The notes under the pieces were generated by a model, which saw nothing but the letters and a program-made list of their open reading frames with translations, was not told the origin of the DNA and searched no databases. A DNA stretch of 64,000 nucleotides. Source: Macrostomum hystrix. Taxonomy: Eukaryota; Animalia; Platyhelminthes. Location of the stretch: the NCBI GenBank assembly GCA_950097015.1, contig CATNEN010000001.1, forward strand, positions 15,376,001 to 15,440,000, given 5' to 3'. Shown piece after piece: positions 59,535-64,000 of this stretch. Numbering within the stretch: the stretch's first letter is position 1; each line of letters starts with the position of its first letter. The translations under genes were made by a program, and so were the position numbers.

Positions 59535-61389
59535 TACCCGGGTACCGGGTATTTGCAGTCTTAATCTATTTGCAGTCTTTATCCATTTGCAGCCTTAATC
59601 TATTTTCAGTCCTAATATATTTGCAGTCTTACTTTATTTGCAGCTCGGTAGTTCATGCCTACCGTTCGATAATTTATGCCCTCTCTGTATAATTAATACT
59701 TTTCTACAATTTTTCATGCTTCACCTTGATAATCCATGCTACCCCTTCGATAAATCATGAAACCCTCTCAAATAAATCATCCAGTCGTCTTGTAAAAATA
59801 GCTTTAGCCTCAAAGTACTGTTATTCCCTGGAAATCGCATCCCTTGTGCTGGAAAATCTTATGCTATCTCTTTAAGACAAGACGATAATCCCTAGATATC
59901 AAATGCTTTCTCACAAAAATTCCTTGCAAATTAGTTGATATCTCATACTTCTATCCATTAATATCTAGTTCCAAATTCCTTAGTTTCATGTTCTCCTTCG
60001 AATTATTATGCTTCCAGAATATGAAACAACACAGATTGCTTCCATGCTCGAAAAAACGTAGATTAAAAAGCAATAATAATGCTATTGGCCAGGATTAAAA
60101 TATATATTTTCTCCTAGTTTTGAATCTAATAACGATTTCAGCTATGCTCGAAACACTTTTCTAAGCTTTCGAAAAATGCAAACAGCTACGCATGCTTGCT
60201 TAACTAACCTTCATTTAGTTTGGAATTGAAAACGCTTGAAGAAAATACTCGAAAAATGTTAGAACTTAAAATAAATACCGCTTTTAGCTGTGCTCAACAT
60301 TTTTTCATTTAGTTGTGAATCTGATAACGCTTGCAGCTATGCTCAAAGAACCTTTCCCTAGTCTTCGTATCGAAAATCACATACTGCTACACTCGAGAAA
60401 AACCCAATTCTCTTCTCACAGCGAGTAGAGTAATGATTAAGCTGACTAATATTTGCTTTTACAGTATCTAATTAAAAGCGCTTAAACCTTATTATGTCTA
60501 AAAAAACTAAAAATTGATATATTATTTTTTCTGTTCAAAGACAGATAAAAGAAACAGTATCAAAACAGATGCAGTAAATTGACCTGCATTCGGCAAAAAA
60601 TAAAAGTACGAGTACTTTGCTTCGAAGCTAGATTACAAGAAAGCGGAACAATGATTGAAGTCGAGACAAGGTTTGACAACATATAGGCTGCAGTTTTCAG
60701 CGACAGATAGGAGGAGGAGAGGTCTCGCTTGCATTGAGCATCATAAAAGCCCAATCATTGAAATCAGCAACGAGCTTACGTGCGTTTTACTTGTTCAAAT
60801 CGAAACGCTAAATCAGCTAAGAGACCTATACCACTATCGCAGTGACAGCAGTGACACAATCCCATTCAACTGGCGGTATCGGGCCCTCTGTTCTGTGCTA
60901 CTAACGCACGCGCGGAAGAGAAAAAGCACCGATGCAATCTCAAAGCAACTGAGAGTTTTTAGCCTTATTATAAAAGAAGAAAAACTGACTTTAAAAGTAT
61001 AGCAGAAAATGACTGCTTTTTCGAATATTTAATGCCTTTAGAATGAAGCAAATGATTAGAAATTTAACGTGTACCATCTTGAAAAGAATGCATATCTTGT
61101 ATATTATTAAATAATAGATTAGTATTTAATTAATTAAAATGCTCAGTTATTCAACTCAAATCACCAGGATGGACAGGTTGGAAGAGAATATTTAAATACT
61201 AAATTATTTTATAATTAAAAGTTGCGTTACTTCAGTACGTAGGATATAATTAATGGGACCGAACATATCCACAAAGTCGCCCTTAAACCCAATTACCGTG
61301 TGCAGTTCAAAAGCTGCATTCCATAAAAAACTTTGGTTTTCACAGAGAGCGGCCAAAGTCGAAAGCTGCTGTCAGCGACGACTCCGAAC

Positions 61390-61522
61390 GGGGGGCGGCT
61401 GCTGCTAGCGCGGCAAGCGACTTTTGCAACCCCAACCAACGGGCGGCTGCTGCTAGCGCGGCGAGCGACTTTTGCAACCCCAACCAAGGGGCGGCTGCTG
61501 CTAGCGCGGCGAGCGACTTTTG
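61390..61522. repeat. 48-bp GC-rich tandem repeat, ~3 units
   Basis: GGGCGGCTGCTGCTAGCGCGGCGAGCGACTTTTGCAACCCCAACCAA. Confidence 0.85.
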
Positions 61523-62939
61523 AGAGGGGGCTGGTCGGGAAGGCCAGTAGCTTCAGCTGACTGTTAAACGGGACTTCATCTCGCTGCTTTTATATATTTT
61601 TATTAATTAAAACTAAAGTACTTGTCTTCGTTCCTCGAACCCAGTTTCTGTTTAAGGCAGTGTTTTCACACTGTACTCTTTAAGCACTCTTAAGTACTCT
61701 GGTACTCTTTAAGGGCGTAGCAATAGAGTACTCTGGTATTCTTTTAAACTGCGTACTTTAAAGTAGGCAAGTACTTTTTAAAGTGCAACGCATTTCATCA
61801 TCAATCCTAATTTTGTACTATATGAAAGTCTCAATAATCGCTGGTACAACGTAAAATTATTATATTTATTATATGTAGTCTTCGGCAAAGGTCTCGCGCC
61901 GATAAAAAAGTAATAATGTTTCGAAGTCTGAAACTTAGATATCCATAAGCTTTTTTTTCCAATTACAGATGCAGCCCTAAACGAAATACTGTAGAAAGCA
62001 AACAGTTTTGCAACACATAAAAACCCTAAAAATTCTAAACTATTGTAAACTACTTAGACGCTAAGTTTTTTTGTTACAGATGTCCTGTGCAACTAAGTAG
62101 TTATAATTTACTATTCATTAATTTTTTTATCATAAAGTTCCACTAAATAGACTTGAAAATCGAAGCCAGTAACATGAATTACCACTGTATGCAAAGGTCT
62201 CAGAAAAAATACTAATAATACTATACTCGTAATAGAAAATCTTAGACATTCTGTATATTCGGATTACAAATTTTAAAGAGAAAAATCGGAAAAAAATACA
62301 ATATATGCTATTGGTGGAAAAATACCATGTAATCAATATATTTAGAATTCGATAAAAAAACAATAAAATCTTGTTTATTAATTCTTGTGCAACTGGGCTA
62401 AGTAGCATAGCTGGCAATGGTAATAATTACAAAGTTGAAAGTGAACATGCTACCTCAATTAATTAAACATTTACGTAAAAATAATCTTAAAAGTAAGAAC
62501 AGTTCTGTTCACTATAATTTAAAAAGAGATTTTCCAAGACATTAAGCATTTCAAATGTATAGTTTAATACCCACAGGTACGTAAAACCACCTGCAACTTT
62601 GCAGTGAAATGCATTGCCATTCAATACAAGTTACCCAACATTAGGTAGGCCTAGCCGGATCATTTAGCTAAGTCCAAAATTAGACACTGCAGCTTTAAAA
62701 AAATGCAAAACAAAACAAATCAACCAATCAATATCAAAATCAATGTTGAGAGAAAAATACTGCTGTGTCAAAAACAAAAAGCGTTGAAAATTTAACTAAC
62801 CTCATGGTACAATGAGACTTACAAAGCAAACAACAATATTTTTATAGAAATTTTACACAGTAAAAATATTTTACACTGTGGAGGTTAATCAATGCTACTC
62901 ACATTTTTAAGGACTTTCACTGCACAGTTCACTGCTATG

Positions 62940-63280
62940 AGCCAGACAATTATGCTCACCAGTTGTACAAGACCCTAGTTGAAACTTCAGTTAGCGCGCG
63001 TGTCACTAGAGAAAAAGCCCAACGTAGACAGAAACGCTACTATGACCGGTCCGTGTTTCAATCCAGTTACGAAATAGGTGAATTGGTGTGGGTGCTGAAT
63101 CCCAACCACAAAGGAATTAGACCCGTCAGTTTGGCATGGACCGTACCGTGTAGTCCAGAAAATTTCGGAGAGAAACTACCGGTTAGTTCCCGAAATCAAC
63201 TGTGCCAGTTTGCAATATAAGCTACCGAATCCGAGTCACAATATTTATAATGTTGACAAACCGAAGCGCTGCATGCGCTA
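62940..63280 (+). pseudogene. Degenerate gypsy integrase C-terminal (GPY/F) fragment
   Basis: AQRRQKRYYDR...YEIGELVWVLNP, then frameshifted WHGPYRVVQKISERNYRL. Confidence 0.75.
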
Positions 63281-63589
63281 GCTGAATAATCCTAAGTCAT
63301 GTCATGTTAACTGACCAACAACGTTAAGGGCCAGTGCCAACAACAGCGGTCTATTTATTAGGCACAGACTTGTCTATGGAAGTACTTATGCCTCGGTGGT
63401 GATTAAACACTGCTAGAGAGAGAGACAGCACACGAGGGATAGGAAGAACGATATCATAGAATGTAACGAGGTCTAAAACATAAAAGTGCAACCGCAAATC
63501 CAACACTGCCCCCCTCAAACAGACAGACAAATATTGTTGTAATACCTAGCAATTTCATTTAGCAATTACAGTACCCCATTACAATTACA

Positions 63590-63738
63590 GTACGATGTCG
63601 TAGTCATACGCCGATAACCGAAGTGCCCACCGAGTCAGTCTGGCAGACACAGTCTTAGGCAGATTTTTGCTCGGGTTCAGGATGTACCTTAGGGGTTCGT
63701 GGTCGGTTTGGATAGTGAACTTCTTCCTCAGCAACATC
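63590..63738 (-). pseudogene. Gypsy RNase H fragment of a deleted LTR element
   Basis: Minus strand reads KKFTIQTDHEPLRYILNP...ARLTRWALRLSAYDYDI. A PPT-like TGAGGGGGGCAG|TGTTG lies at ~63518-63501. Confidence 0.75.
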
Positions 63739-64000
63739 TTCCTGGCTCTGATTTCAACATCTTCCTGATTAGGATTGTAGTATAGGCCTAGCTGGCGCAG
63801 TCGGTCGGAGAGCCCAGGAGGCAGACGGAAGAGCGGCGTGCCGAGCAGTCCTACGAGCGTAGTAGCGAGGAGGTACAGTCACCAACCCGTCGGCTGCGAG
63901 GCGCCCCGGTTGATCTCAGCCTTACGCCACGGGACGCTGGCAGTGACGATTCGACGGCAGTTGACTGCGGCCAGTTTAGTGCAACCAGTAGAGCATCGTG

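Larger units (their letters stand above)
56945..61100. repeat. Copy B of the duplicated segment (empty for the YR and hairpin elements; carries a 17-bp array and a mariner)
   Basis: Collinear with 36093-37044 and 42189-44390. Confidence 0.9.

Overview
Eukaryotic (invertebrate) genomic DNA that is very rich in 15-67 bp tandem arrays, with GC-rich exons and short GT-AG introns. The style resembles the flatworm Macrostomum, but that is an inference. Host genes: a 4-exon secreted protein with FGF-like features (4380-6394, -), an intronless class-A GPCR, a 4-exon calmodulin-like gene, two divergently oriented intronless M1 aminopeptidase N paralogs, and a multi-exon trypsin-family protease. Mobile DNA: a complete Ty3/gypsy LTR retrotransposon, an internally deleted Tc1/mariner (maT-like) element, tRNA-derived SINE-like repeats, a hairpin element, gypsy remnants and a duplicated AT-rich repeat. 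The most notable item is a ~5.1 kb insertion (37045-42188). Its boundaries are defined by an empty paralogous site at ~57570 in the same window. It has imperfect terminal inverted repeats, a ~64-bp subterminal inverted repeat and a 7-bp terminal direct repeat. It carries a spliced, frameshifted gene for a C2H2 zinc finger, a tyrosine recombinase and a probable PWWP domain, i.e. a Crypton-like YR DNA transposon that may carry a chromatin reader. All gene models were assembled by eye and no database searches were run.
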